A stretch of DNA of 64,000 nt, taken from the NCBI RefSeq assembly GCF_032191835.1, contig NC_083236.1, forward strand, positions 26,288,001 to 26,352,000, given 5' to 3'. The stretch is from Heteronotia binoei. Its lineage: Eukaryota. Below, in pieces: positions 13,031-25,654 of the stretch. Both the position numbers and the translations under genes were made by a program. Every line of letters starts with the position of its first letter. Position 1 is the first letter of the stretch. The notes beneath the pieces are model-generated. The model was given only the letters and a program-made list of their open reading frames with translations, was not told where the DNA came from and did not search any database.

Positions 13031-15225
13031 CTTCCCCCGTGAGTCTCTCTGTTGATTACTATTTTTGGACCAGATAATCATGCTACATCCACTACTTTGG
13101 ATGTTATGTATGTCTTAGATTCTACTACTAAGTCAAAAGGCAAGATGGTAGCTACATACAAAGTGCTGAAAAGCTATTTAGAACCTATAGACTTTGACAA
13201 AAACCTGGGATATGGATTCTGGTTTGATCATTTGCATGAACCGACCAGAAAAAATCTCTCTAGTTTCTAGATGCACTTACTCAGAAACAAGCTCTGAGCA
13301 ATGAGCAAACAGACTGCATTTAAAGGGAATCGCTCCCAGGAAGGTGCATACAACTTACGCCTAAGAGTTATCTAACAAAATATCCTATATAGGGCATACT
13401 GTACCCCAAGATGTACCACCAACAGAAGCACTCAGAGGGCAGTAAATGTTGGCATCGCATGGCCACCACCAGTGCAATGGAGTAGCTACAAGAGTGCTAT
13501 CTCCACTGTAGTCTCCCGTATTCAAGGCCTCTCTGTCATCTCCCCATCACTGCTTCAGACTGTAAGCTCCTTGGAGCAGAGACCTGTCTTACTAGCTTAA
13601 GGAAATGCAACAGGAAACTATCAAAACTGCAGAATCACACCAAATCCAGGAAATTAACTGTGCGTAACATTTCAAAATAGCCTCCCTGATTGGGGTCAAG
13701 ATAAGCACGTTACTCTTGCAAAATATTTTGAGATAAACCAATGAACACACTGAGCCCCAGCACTTCTCATAAGAGCTGGAGAAGCATCAACCTTCCAAAC
13801 CATCATGAACTGCTCTTGAAAGATCAATATTTAAGATGCATACAAGCTGCCATGGCAAACGCAAAAACCCTGTAAATGTTAATTTGCCTTTTTTTTTTTT
13901 TACTGTCCCCAATGGGAGGGAGCAACCCTACTCTTCCTCTGCTCCCAACCACATAGAATTTACTATCTCTCATATTGTTGTACTGCCCCGCCGCCATGGT
14001 TTTCTTTTCCCCATTCAACTCCTCAAGCTGCCTCTTCAGAGATCTTAGTACTATGTGGGGAATTGGGACCAGCTATCAAGATAAGGCTTATAAGTTGTAG
14101 GGTGTAACTGAATTCTCCCAACATAAGTTTTTAGCAAAATAATAATAATGAAGCAGTGAAGAACAACTACATTTCTACAGCATGCTTGCAGTGCATATTG
14201 CTTCCGAGCCTAAGCCAAAGCCCACCTACTGATGTGAGATTTAAGCTGTGGTTTCTTAGCTCATAGCTCATTCTCTTAATGATTGAGCCAAGAAGTCTCA
14301 TTTCAGATATATGCATACCTGAGGTTCTTTCAGAAGATATTACAGCAAGCTTGAATTCTGAGTGATAGCAAAGAAATGGACAGGTCCATGTAGGGTTTAC
14401 ACCCAGCATTCCTTACAAGGCTAAATGGGAACCCAGCAGTCTTCTTCCACAGGACAGCCCCAGCACAAAAAGTGATAGACTGCTGCCATTTATCACCTAA
14501 AGATTACCACTAGAAATGTTTCAGTGCATTGCCAGGGACATAAAGTCACTTTTGGAAGACCATCCCTTCTTCCTCAGAGGCCTTGGAGAGCAGTACTGGC
14601 CTCGTTATACAGACAGATTCTCAATGAACAACTAACTTCCAGCATCAACAGGCCTTCCCAAAAAAGAAACTAACCAGTGGCCACCAGCCCCTGCCACATA
14701 GACGTCCCTCATATCTACGCAAGCAACAATACTGCAGGACTCATCATATTGCCAACAGCTCATTCACCCACACATCTTTTAATGCGATAGATGCTACCAT
14801 GTGCCAGCAATGCCATTCAGCCGTTCACTTTGGCAAACTAGAGTCTCTAAGCAAAACGGATGAGAGACAAGCCACATGTTTAAAATAGAAATGCTCAACA
14901 ACCAAAGGGAAGTATTTCAGTCTCCCTGGACAACATTTTAGCAGAAGAAGTTCAAAAGGAGATTCAGGAGAGAAGCTGCGCAGCTGGAATTCATATGAAG
15001 ATCTGACACTATGAGGCTTGGTTCAACAGGCATTGGCAGTGCTTAAAACACTGCAAAAAGCAACTGTCCTTTTCAGGTTTATGTGCACTATTCAGATATA
15101 TTCTCCTTTGCTAATTTATGAACAGCTGAGTTCTAGTGATCTATGCCCACTCTGAATGGTCACTTACTCTTTTGTCTCGCTAACCTTTGAGGGGATGAAC
15201 AAGCATGTGAACAAGGGTAATCAAG

Positions 15226-15720
15226 TTGCCTGTGGCGTTCTGGATTCACTTCAATGTGCTGGTTATAACCTTTAAAGCCCTATATGGCCTGGGACCTGTC
15301 TACCTTCGGGACCGCCTTTCCCCATACGTACCCCAGAGAGCACTATGTTCAGTGTCGCAAAATCTTCTTCCCTGGACCGAAAGAAGCTTGATTGTCCACC
15401 ACCAGAGCCAGAGCGTTCTCGGTAATGGCCCCCCACTCTGTGGAATGCCCTCCCTGAATCATCAGGGCCCTGCAGGACCTGTCACAGTTCTACAGGGCCT
15501 GTAAGACCGAACTGTTCAAACTCAACTTCAAGTTAATGGGGAGGTGGCTATTATCCCACAGCTTCGACAATCTCACTGAATTAACATATTGGAAATCAGA
15601 AACTTGCCATCTTGGACTTTTAATGAGTGGATTGATGATCGTAATATGCATGGATATTTTTTATTACATATTTTATTCTTTAATATTTTATGTTTGTTTT
15701 TAACTGTTGTTAGCCACCCT
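15226..15720 (+). mobile_element. L2 LINE 3' fragment
   Basis: LPVAFWIHFNVLVITFKALYGLGPVYLRDRLSPY is a classic L2 ORF2 C-terminal motif. Confidence 0.8.
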
Positions 15721-15769
15721 GGATGACACTAAGTTGCTCAGGGCAGTGAGAACCAGGGAGGACTATGAA

Positions 15770-16625
15770 ATGCTCCAGAGAGACATGTCAAGGCTGGGAG
15801 AGTGGGCATCAGTGTGGCAAATGAAGTTCAACATTGTCAGGAGCAAAGCAATGCACATTGTAGTCAAAAATCCTAATATACATTGATGGGGTCTGAACTG
15901 GCAGTAACTGACCAGGAGAAAGATCTTGGAGTCATGGTTGATATTGATGCAGTGTGAGATTGCAATAAAAACGGCAAATGCTGTGCTGGGAGCTATTAGG
16001 AAGGGGACTGAAAACAAATCTGCCCCTGTATAAATCTATGTGATGGCCTCATTTGGAATACTGTGTACAGTTCTGGTCACCACACCTCAAAAATATAGCA
16101 TTAAAAAGGTGCAGAAAAGGTCAACTAAAATGGAATATCTTCCCTTATAACAAAAGGTTAAAGAGATTAGGGCTTTTTAGTTTGGAGAAATTATTGCGGT
16201 ATGACATGATAGAGGCTTACAAAAGTATGCCTGGGATAGAGAAGGTAGAGAAAAAGTGCTTTTCCCCTTTTCTGACAATAAACGAACTCATGGGCACTCA
16301 ATGAATGAGCAGTAGACTTAGACCAGATAAAAGGAAATACTGCTTCACCCAAAGAGTCATTAACACATGGAATTCACTTCAAGACAGCTTCAAGAAGAGA
16401 TTGGATAAATACATAGAGCAGAGGTCCATCAGCGGCTATAGCCACATGGTATAGATGGAGCACTTATGTCTGGGGCAGTGATGCTCTGTATTCTTGGTGC
16501 TTGGAAGGCAGCAGTGGGGAGAGCTTCTGGAGTTCTGGCCCTGCTGGTGGACCTTTTGATGGCATCTGGATTTTGGCTGCTGTGTGACACACATTTGCCT
16601 GATTCAACATGGCTTCTCTTATGTT
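15770..16625 (+). mobile_element. CR1 LINE 3' fragment
   Basis: LEYCVQFWSPHLK and RLKRLGLFSLEK are CR1 ORF2 C-terminal motifs; followed by a CR1-type 3' UTR. Confidence 0.85.
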
Positions 16626-17546
16626 TTGGCCTGTTCATGTGGTAACTCACCCCAGCCCAGTCCTCTTCCTATTTGTTGCTCTGCATATCTCTCCCTTTCT
16701 CCCTGCCAAACTGGTTGCTACATTTCATGCACTTTGGGGGAAAAGGGGATCTGGCTCATTAAAGCATCTGGCACAATAAAATTGTTCATCTTTAAACATG
16801 CCATTAAAGTCTGATATTTTGTTAAAATAAACCAAATGCAATCTAGTGCTAAATACACTTCTCACCTCGTTTTAAGCTAAGCATCAGTATATATTACATT
16901 ACTACCTCAACTATGGTTGCGGTTCTAACAAATGGACTTACTTGATAGATGGCATTGAGTATATGTCTTCTAGTGCTGAATGTCACACTTCTCTGTATGT
17001 AAATGATTTTTTTCCCTTTTATTGCAATCTATATTTGGACTATAGCTATGGCGTTATTTGCTGTGCATATATTTTATCTCTTAATTTTAAAAAACATTAC
17101 TACCAAGAGCAACATCCAAGCTTGCTTGTTCAAATTCCATCCAGGTAGTCGTCTATGACAAGGCTCTTATCAGGATACTGCAAATCACTGAAAAGTTACT
17201 TGAATAATTCCCATGAAGTCTTTGCAGTACTGTTAACATAGCTTAATATCCGCTCTGCCCAGATGGCTCCACCATTTACTATTTTATTGCATGAAGCCAG
17301 CATATGTGGTACTATTTAAACACAAGGCATGATTCTGTTACTTCACAAAAAGGATTTTATGATCCAGTTTTAGGTTTCCAGGACAGAAAGAAGAGAGTAC
17401 GATCACCAAAGTATCACTAAAAAACAGAGATACAACTCCCCTTTTAAATCTGAGTGCTCAAATAGTTAAGGATTTGCACATTAAGAACAATCTATTACAG
17501 CTGAAGGGAAGATTATACAACATTGCTACCACTTCAGAGACACCTA

Positions 17547-17699
<153 letters not shown>

Positions 17700-18640
17700 T
17701 TAGAGTTACAGACTTGAAATTCTCTCCTAATCCTTCCAGTAAGAGAAGGTCACACACTAGATTCTTTTCAGATGCAGAGAACAAGAGTTTTCTACATCAA
17801 GACAGTCAATAACACTTTTGACATCACTCTCTGTGGATTGCTATTGCTAGATTGAAGAATCTTTGTAGCTACCATCTCACTATTATACAAGCTGCAAGGG
17901 AACAGAAAAAGAACTGAAATCTTCCAAGCAAAGAATTTTCAACATTTGCTATCCATCTGTAACCATGAGATCAAAATGAGAATCTGCCAACAGCTGTCAG
18001 AATCCTTTAAGTCAATCTGTTGACATCTGACTTGACATGCGACAGAACTGACAGAGACTGTTCTGAACTATACAATGTAGGCAGTGTGCTCCACAAACTC
18101 TCTCTCTCAAGGATCTTGAGTGAAAAAGATAATTCTCTATGAAAGACTTTTCCTTCTCCTTTTCTTACAAGCATCCCAACAAGGTTAATGGCTAAAGGGA
18201 AGAGTAAAATACTCCCCAACCAATCCACAGGATAACATTCCTGATTAGCACTACCTATTTCCAAATCACAAATCAATCCAATTGCCACAGTTTCAAATAC
18301 AAAACACTGTTCAGAGAAACTGATCAATATTTGATCTTAAAGATATGCTTTAAGCCTGTCTATCATGACCCCCAGAAATCCTGCATTCACCTCTGACAAC
18401 AGGCAGAAGCACAAGAGTATGCCTTGGATCTCTTTTTCAACAAAGGAGCACGCCCATGAGTCGAGAAGTGTTTCCAACATGATCCATTACTAAATACTGT
18501 GCATGTGTGCAAATTAAAATAAAAGAAGTAAACCTTGAGACCCAAAATAATGCTCTACGCCTCAGATATCACATTGGAAAATGTGTCACTTATTGGAAAT
18601 ATTAAATCTGCCTCACAACTGCTAGAATATCTCACCCCCA

Positions 18641-18980
18641 AAAAAGAACATGCTGGATCCAATCAGTGAGTGGTCTATCTAGTCCAGCAACCTGCTTAAC
18701 ATTGTAGTCAACCAGATCAAGCCTTCCCAAAGTTGCCTCCTGGCACTTGTATTCAGAGGCTGAATTCTTCCTTTGTACATGGATACTCTGTTTAGTCATT
18801 CTGGGTAGTAACTACTGATGGACCTATCCTTCATGAACCTCTACACTTGCGGTCACCTATATTTACTGACAAGCAAACTCTATATTTAATTACTTGTTGA
18901 GCGAACAAAAAATTCCTTTTATTCACTCAGAATCTGTCACCCATCAGCTTCACCAGAATCCTACTGTTCTGCAAGAAGGT
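18641..18980 (-). mobile_element. CR1 LINE 3' end, degraded
   Basis: aagaac...ctggatc...ctagtccagc terminal motif followed by reverse-complement CR1 3' sequence. Confidence 0.55.
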
Positions 18981-19587
18981 TCTTTCTGTATCTACTGTCT
19001 CGATCTCAGATCTATTCCTTCTCTTTCACTAGCTGAGACACCCAGGTCAGATTTTTCTTAGAGGCTACAATAATAACGTCCAGGTTAGATGCTGCCACTT
19101 GAGGCTTTAAGGAAGCCATCCTAAACAGGCCTACTCTGGATTAACTCCCGCGTTATCCATTGGGTCTTACTCTTAGGAAAACGCTATTAGATTTGCGCTA
19201 CACTCGATTTGCGTCAAACTCCTACACTCGAACTAGTGTTTTATCTAGTCTGGCCTCCTGTTCCAGACCCCGTGGCCAACCAGTTGCCCTAGAGAATCCA
19301 CAAACAAGGCATCAGAGACCAAGGCCTGCCCCCCACCCCGATTCTGCCTCTAGCCGAGGAGATTCGAGTTCCCACTGGCTGAGCAGAAAGAGGAACCAAA
19401 AGGTGCAATTGTACAAAGGCAACATTTCGGGGTGGGGGAGAAGAGAAAGCAAGAGAGGTTGCGAGCGAAGAACGCGGGACGAGCCTAGAGGCGAGGCAGA
19501 GCCGGCTAAGTGTGGCACGCGCCATTCCCGCCTGGCTGGCTCAAGGGAGGCGGGGGAGGGGGTGGTCAGTCAGGCTCTTCTTTCTTA

Positions 19588-20130
<543 letters not shown>

Positions 20131-20243
20131 TCAGCGTCGGAAGGGGCCTCTGGGCTGCGCGCGCAAACAACTCACCCGGCGGAGTCCTCTGGGTTGCGCG
20201 CGCAGCCAACCCGCTGCGCGCTCCCGTGCCCCGCCCACCCGTC

Positions 20244-20257
20244 GGAGTCATGGCAAC
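20244..20257 (+). promoter_or_regulatory. RFX X-box-like motif upstream of CFAP263
   Basis: GGAGTCATGGCAAC vs consensus GTNRCCATGGYAAC; the 3' half is perfect. About 120 bp upstream of a ciliary gene ATG. Confidence 0.5.
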
Positions 20258-20373
20258 GCTTTGAATGGTCGCTCGCGTCCGATTCTTTTCCGCGCAGTTC
20301 CCAAGAGCCCGCAAACGTCTGAACGTGCCAGACCCGTGAAGAAGACGGGCATCCTCAGAGGCGCGGATGAAAG

Positions 20374-20519
20374 ATGGAAGTCCGTCCTGTTTTGACTGAT
20401 GAGGAGTCGGAGCGCGACAGCATCCGTACGGGGGAGTCGAGGGAGTTGGGCGAGGATGTGCAGCAAGACTTGGCCCCGCTCGCCCTGCCTGAGCTCCGCA
20501 ATGTGGTGCAGGAGATGAG
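20374..20519 (+). CDS. CFAP263: Cilia- and flagella-associated protein 263 (CCDC113), coding exon 1 (146 nt)
   Basis: MEVRPVLTDEESERDS...LPELRNVVQEM; the TDEESE segment resembles the mammalian MTDDESE start. Strong Kozak aagATGg; AG|gtggg donor, phase 2, in frame with exon 2. Confidence 0.82.
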
Positions 20520-20564
20520 GTGGGCGACGGGGAGGATGGATGATACAGATCAGCTGTCCGTTTC

Positions 20565-20815
20565 CAGGCCGGTGTAGCGGTTAGCGTGTTGGACCAGGAT
20601 CTGTGATGATGACCCAAGTTCGAATTCCCGCTCCGCTCATGGAAGCTTGCGGGGCGGCCTTGGGCCAATCACACAACTCTCAGCCTAGGCTACCTCACCA
20701 GGTTGTTGTAAGGATAAAATGGAGAAGAGGAGAACAATGGAAAAATCTTTGGTTCGGCATTGGAGGCAGGGAAAGCAGGGTCTAAAATTTAGACTCTCAA
20801 TAAAATAAATAAGAA
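20565..20815 (+). mobile_element. Squam3-like tRNA-derived SINE in CFAP263 intron 1
   Basis: A box ggtgtagcgg, B box gttcgaattc, core atggaagcttgc...ccttgggccaatcac, A-rich tail. Confidence 0.75.
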
Positions 20816-21089
20816 TAGTTTTTTAAAATCTCACACATTCTGTAAAGAGACTGGATATTTTTTGTGCAAGCCCGTTGGCACTGACCACTAAACTGGCACC
20901 AATGCTGCTCGCTGGTTAGCTACCAGGTACACTCCTGCCTCTCTGACTTTCTCGAGTGCACTGTCACTTCCCTGTACTGCAGATTTCGCTTCTTCCCCTC
21001 ACTTGATCTAGCACATTGCTATCTGCCTACCACATATTTAGCTCTCATCTGTCTATAGCACACTGTTACCTTCCATCTCTCCCTCTCTC

Positions 21090-21243
21090 ACTTTTCCCGT
21101 TGTATTCTCACAACAACCCTGTGAGGTGGCTGGGGCTGAGAGAGTAACTAGAACAGGACCACCCACCAACCTTCATAGCCAGGTGAGAATTAGAACTGGG
21201 TGTTCCATTTCTAGTCTTAACCACTACCTCACACTAGCTTCCC
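21090..21243 (-). mobile_element. MIR/Squam3-like SINE
   Basis: ctcacaacaaccctgtgaggt...ctgagagag...ttaaccactac, the reverse complement of the MIR core and head. Confidence 0.7.
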
Positions 21244-21481
21244 CAGGATATTTTTAACGAACTTAGAGCAGCGTAGTACTAGGACGTACTGGAAGACCGG
21301 TGTGTGTGTGTGTGTGTGTGTGGGGGGAACATTCCAATCTACATAGTGAGGTGAGAATTGAACTTGGGTGTTTCTGATCCCAGTCTTAAGCACTATGTCA
21401 CACTGGCTTCCCCAAGATATTTTACCTTACTTAGAGCAGCATAGTACTGGGATATATTGGAAGGGGGATGGGGGGACATTC
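21172..21481. repeat. Tandem duplication with a 168-bp period, including a (TG)11 microsatellite
   Basis: aggtgagaatt...ggaacattc at 21181 recurs at 21349. Confidence 0.8.
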
Positions 21482-21769
21482 TGACAACTAGGACAATTTC
21501 CATGTTGCATACAACTGGTTGGTTGGTTGAAGCAGAGAGCCAGCTGAAACTAAATCCATCAAAGATGGAGGCCCTGTGGCTGAGCTAGGGAATTCCCAGG
21601 TGGGGATGCCAGTTTCCAGCCCCTTCTGGTGAGCTGCTAGCACCAAGGCCACTTGTGAGTCTGAATGCCTCCCTTTCTGTGGGGGCTCAGATCACAAATC
21701 TTGCCAGACTGGCATTTTTTCATCTCCTCCAGCTTCAACAACTGGGTCCCTTCCTGTAACGCTCCAACC

Positions 21770-22455
21770 TAGCAACAGTGATCTGTGCAACAGTCACCTC
21801 CTCCAGACTAGACCACTATAATTTGCTCTACACAGGGCTACCCTTGAAACTGACCTGGAAACTCCAATTGGTCCAGAATGCAGTGGTATGTGTGCTTACT
21901 AGCACTCAGGGGTCTTTAAAAAAAGAAAAAAAGCAGGAATGCACAGGAATGCAGTTCCAGATGGCCTGGGGTCAGGGGTGTGGCCTAATATGCAAATTAG
22001 CTCCCGCTGGGCCTTTTCTTCAAAAAAGCCCTATGTGAAACAGTGGTGACATCAGGGGTGTGGCCTAATATGCAAATGAGTTCCTGCTGGGCTTTCTCTA
22101 CCAAAAAAGCCCTGCTAGCACTCCATCTAGAGCCCATATACAACCGGTGCTCTGCCAGCCGCACTGGCCCCAAGTTGAATTCTGGATCAGATTCAGGGTT
22201 TTAAGTTTTAACCTTCAAAGTCCTACACAGTCTGGAACCAACATGTCTTTGGGACCCGCAGAGAGCATTGTGCTGTATGAATAACAACTTTCTAGGGGGC
22301 CCTGGCCGCAAATGTATTAATTTGCTTCAACCCAGGCCAGAGCCTTCTTGGCTCTGGCCCAGCCTGGTGGAACACCCTTCCAGACAAGATCAATGTGATT
22401 CAGCTTGGCAGGTTCTGTAAAACAGAAATGTTTTTCCAGCCATATGGTTGAGGCA
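21770..22455 (+). mobile_element. L2 LINE 3' fragment interrupted by a MITE
   Basis: TVTSSRLDHYNLLYTGLPLKLTWKLQLVQNA before 21907; L2 sequence resumes after 22122. Confidence 0.75.
21907..22114. mobile_element. Non-autonomous hAT element (family C)
   Basis: Perfect 8-bp TSD ctagcact (21899-21906 and 22115-22122); end aaaaaagccctg shared with 27125-27390 and 48452-48550. Confidence 0.85.
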
Positions 22456-22835
22456 GGGAAGTTTCCATCAAATTTGGCCTCCTCCAGCCTCCCTCCCCAC
22501 CATTCATTGTATTTGTACCAGTTTCACAAACACCCAGGTGACATAACCTCACTTGGACAAATACTTCTATTAGTGTCTAGCTGCCATCTGTTTTTATTTT
22601 GACTTTCAGTGCTATAAGGAGGTCCGCTTTAGTCATAATTTCTCCAAGAATTGCTGCAGGCATATAATGAAGTCCAGGCATGTACTTACCACCAGCATAG
22701 GTCACTACAAGCATGGCTTATAATCCATCACCGCTATCACAGGCTGCAAAGCAAGTGAATCCCTGGCAGAGATCTCCAAACGGAATCATAGTCATTTGTT
22801 TGGGAAGACAAATTACAAAATAGCATTGATTAAGT

Positions 22836-22978
22836 CAGGCCTTGACAAACATTCTTTTGCTTTCAGAGCCAGCCCAAAATTCATTGCTGAAAAATATTAG
22901 GCCCCACAATAAAAACTCCTAGGCACTTTGGCTCCCTGGCACCTGGGATTTGTTGAGCCCTGGATTTGTTGAGCCCTG
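22836..22978. mobile_element. Non-autonomous hAT element with a duplicated right terminus
   Basis: caggccttgacaaa / tttgttgagccctg ends; perfect 8-bp TSD gattaagt. Confidence 0.8.
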
Positions 22979-23658
22979 GATTAAGTATTGGTACCAAGAC
23001 TGGCTTCCTTAGCTATGCCAGCAGACTCCAGTGATCCACTGGCAATCAAAATAGACAATATTGGGACCATTAGATGAACCTGCTAGTCAAGCTTTCATAT
23101 GACCAAGCATGTAGAAAACATTTACACATTTTACAGATAAGGAACAGAGGGAGTGAATTGGTGTGAATTCTCACCCCCCCACGCACAAGTAGTCTGTTTC
23201 TCTCTGACACAAGCAGACACACAGCACCCATCTCCCTCTCTTGCACACACATATCCACCATGCACACATCACATCTGTTCTCGAATCCGGTAGCACCACA
23301 CTCTGATTCAGTGCACACACAGCAACATTTCTCTTGCACACGAACGGTCTCCTCCTTTCACACAAAAAGGCATAACAACAGCCCCTCTTCCCTCTTCCTC
23401 ACAGTCATAAGCACAGGAATAGCTTCCAGGGATAGCCATTTTACTCTTAGGCTGCAGGCTCTACTTTGCTTCTAACTGTAGCATAACTTGCCTATATTCT
23501 ACTTCCCATTGGTTAAAATGGAGATATTGAAATCTCAGTAAGAATGTACAGCAGGTTTCCACCAAACCAGTGAAAGGGATCTCTTATGTGACAACCTTAA
23601 ATTTTTAGCCTTGAACATAAATGTTTTAACAAACATTTTAACATTAACATAACAGATC

Positions 23659-23825
23659 CGGTGGGGTACGAGGGTTAAGAGCAGCAGACTCTAATCTGGA
23701 GAAGTGGAATTACTTCCCCACTCCTCTACATGAAGCCTGCTAGGTGAAGGAAAGGCAATTTGTAAGGCACTTCAAGACTCCTTAAGGTAGAAAAAAGCAG
23801 GATATTACAAACCAGCTCTTCTTCA
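23659..23825 (+). mobile_element. Internally deleted Squam3-like SINE
   Basis: Head ggttaagagcagcagactctaatctggaga and tail gagactccttaaggtagaaaaaagcaggatat, both shared with 58583-58860. Confidence 0.65.
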
Positions 23826-24488
23826 GCGTTGCCTGAATCATTGCAAGGAGAAAAAAAGGAAGCAACAAAAGAGAACCTCACTGATAGAAGCAAAACAAGA
23901 GTTCTCACAACAAATGTTACATCCTTTTAAAAATTGTTACTTCCAATGTAGGATTCAATCTCAAATATTAACTTTAAACTGGTTATAATGTTAGAAAACT
24001 GTAAATCATGCTCATTGCACTCCTTAGGGTCTGACTGGAAACAAAAAAACCAAGTAAATACATCCATGTGGCATTTCCTTGTTCTGGGGACTGGAAAGGA
24101 ACAATCTGTGGCCCAATGTTGGATCCTGGCATAGGCAAAAGAGCACTGAGGAAGGATGTCTGTCGTGTCTAAATATTTCAAAGATGGAGAAAAATAAGAA
24201 GGGCCCAACATTTTTAGCTTTTCTGTAAGATCATGTAGGGGATTTTAAGGATCACCCTAGAGAACCCAGGTAAAAATTATATCCCAAATTATTAGCCTGA
24301 ATGTGCTCCCAAAGCTATTACAGTTTAATGAATGTTCTAATGCCTTGGGAGGCATTCCATGTGCTATTTGAGGGTATTGAACACTGAAGCATCCTTCTGG
24401 TTTTAAACAGGGAACACTCCTGTGTCTATAATCATACAGTATATAAAAACAGCTAAGTTTCTTCATACAAGCTGTCATCTTCTTTCAG

Positions 24489-24624
24489 CCATGCCAATTC
24501 CATGCTCAAACTGGAGGCAGCCATGTTTGAGAAATTTTTCAATCGAATGGAGCCAAGGGATGTGGCCAGCCACTTGATGCCAGAAAGACGTGGCTCTTCG
24601 TTGGATATGGGACAAGCAGCATTT
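24489..24624 (+). CDS. CFAP263: CFAP263 coding exon 2 (136 nt)
   Basis: HANSMLKLEAAMFEKFFNRMEPRD... matches the recalled CCDC113 NSALKTETEMFEKYYAKLEPRD. tttcag| acceptor, TTT|gtaag donor. Confidence 0.92.
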
Positions 24625-24887
24625 GTAAGCAACAGGGTTGTTTGGCGGGAATTGAGATTCCTAGGACTGTAACATGGGTTTTGTAGTTTTGAAGGTGGTC
24701 AGGTCTGACTCATTCATGCTCATTCATTCCCACCTTAGTTTTTTCTCCAGATTCTAAGATAGTTTAACCATCAATTTAAACCTGAAATTTTAAACCTAAT
24801 TTTGTTACAGTACTCATCGTTTCACTTAACTTTTTTTCAGTCCTTCCTTATGATAATCATTACAGACCTTTCACTTAGCTCATAGCT

Positions 24888-24984
24888 ATATCTGGAGACA
24901 TGAGCCATATCTCATGAAAGCTCATACCCTGCCACAAACGTTGTTTGTCTTTAAGTGGCTACTGCTCTCTTGCTCTTTTCTACT
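24888..24984 (+). mobile_element. Penelope-like terminal repeat (single arm)
   Basis: gaaagctcataccctgccacaaacgttgtttgtctttaagtggctactg...ttttctact, the reverse complement of the 38541-38635 family. Confidence 0.7.
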
Positions 24985-25184
24985 CTTAGCTCCTAATTTG
25001 GCTGTTTCTTGGAGAATCTGGAAATAATAACGAGAGAAAGGCAGATAGGGTGCTTGCAATTAGCAGCCAATCATGTGCTCTTACTGCTACTTTAACATCA
25101 ACATTTTATACAGCTAGCTTTTAATCAGTCATATCAGTCTATTTGTCCTTTCTTCAAGGAGCTCATGGTTCTTCATATATGGTT

Positions 25185-25330
25185 CTTCATATCCTCATTA
25201 TTTTCTTTACAACAATCCAGCCCAGAATCTTAGAGTGAGATGGGCCCAGTCACCCACCAAGCTTCTTAGCTAAGTGGAGATTTGAACCCGAGTTTCCCCA
25301 ATGCCAGTGCAACATACTAACAATTTCATC
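25185..25330 (-). mobile_element. MIR/Squam3-like SINE fragment
   Basis: tttacaacaatcc...gcccagtcacccaccaagcttc...gatttgaaccc. Confidence 0.6.
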
Positions 25331-25492
25331 GACTCTCCTCTAGTACTCCCAAGTCATCATTGCACAGATCACATCCAAGACATCTTAATGGTCCTTTAAC
25401 ATTCAACTACAGAAGCCCCAAACAACAGTGTTTAGTTAGCAAGGTTATGCAGCTTCTGTTGTGCTGTTTCTTGCTTTCCTTTTGGATTGCAG

Positions 25493-25654
25493 CCACGCAT
25501 CAGGCGCAAATCTAAATCCCGCATGCCAGCAGATCGACTGGTATGCCTGACCGTGGAGCAGAAGTGCGACTTAGCACAACGAGAGCTAGAGGAGACCAAG
25601 GAAGACATTCAGCGAATGAAGGCGAACTCAGAACGGATTTTGCAAAACTATCTG
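25493..25654 (+). CDS. CFAP263: CFAP263 coding exon 3 (162 nt)
   Basis: PRIRRKSKSRMPADRLVCLTVEQKCDLAQRELEETKEDIQRMKANSERILQNYL. ttgcag| acceptor, CTG|gtaaa donor. Confidence 0.94.
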
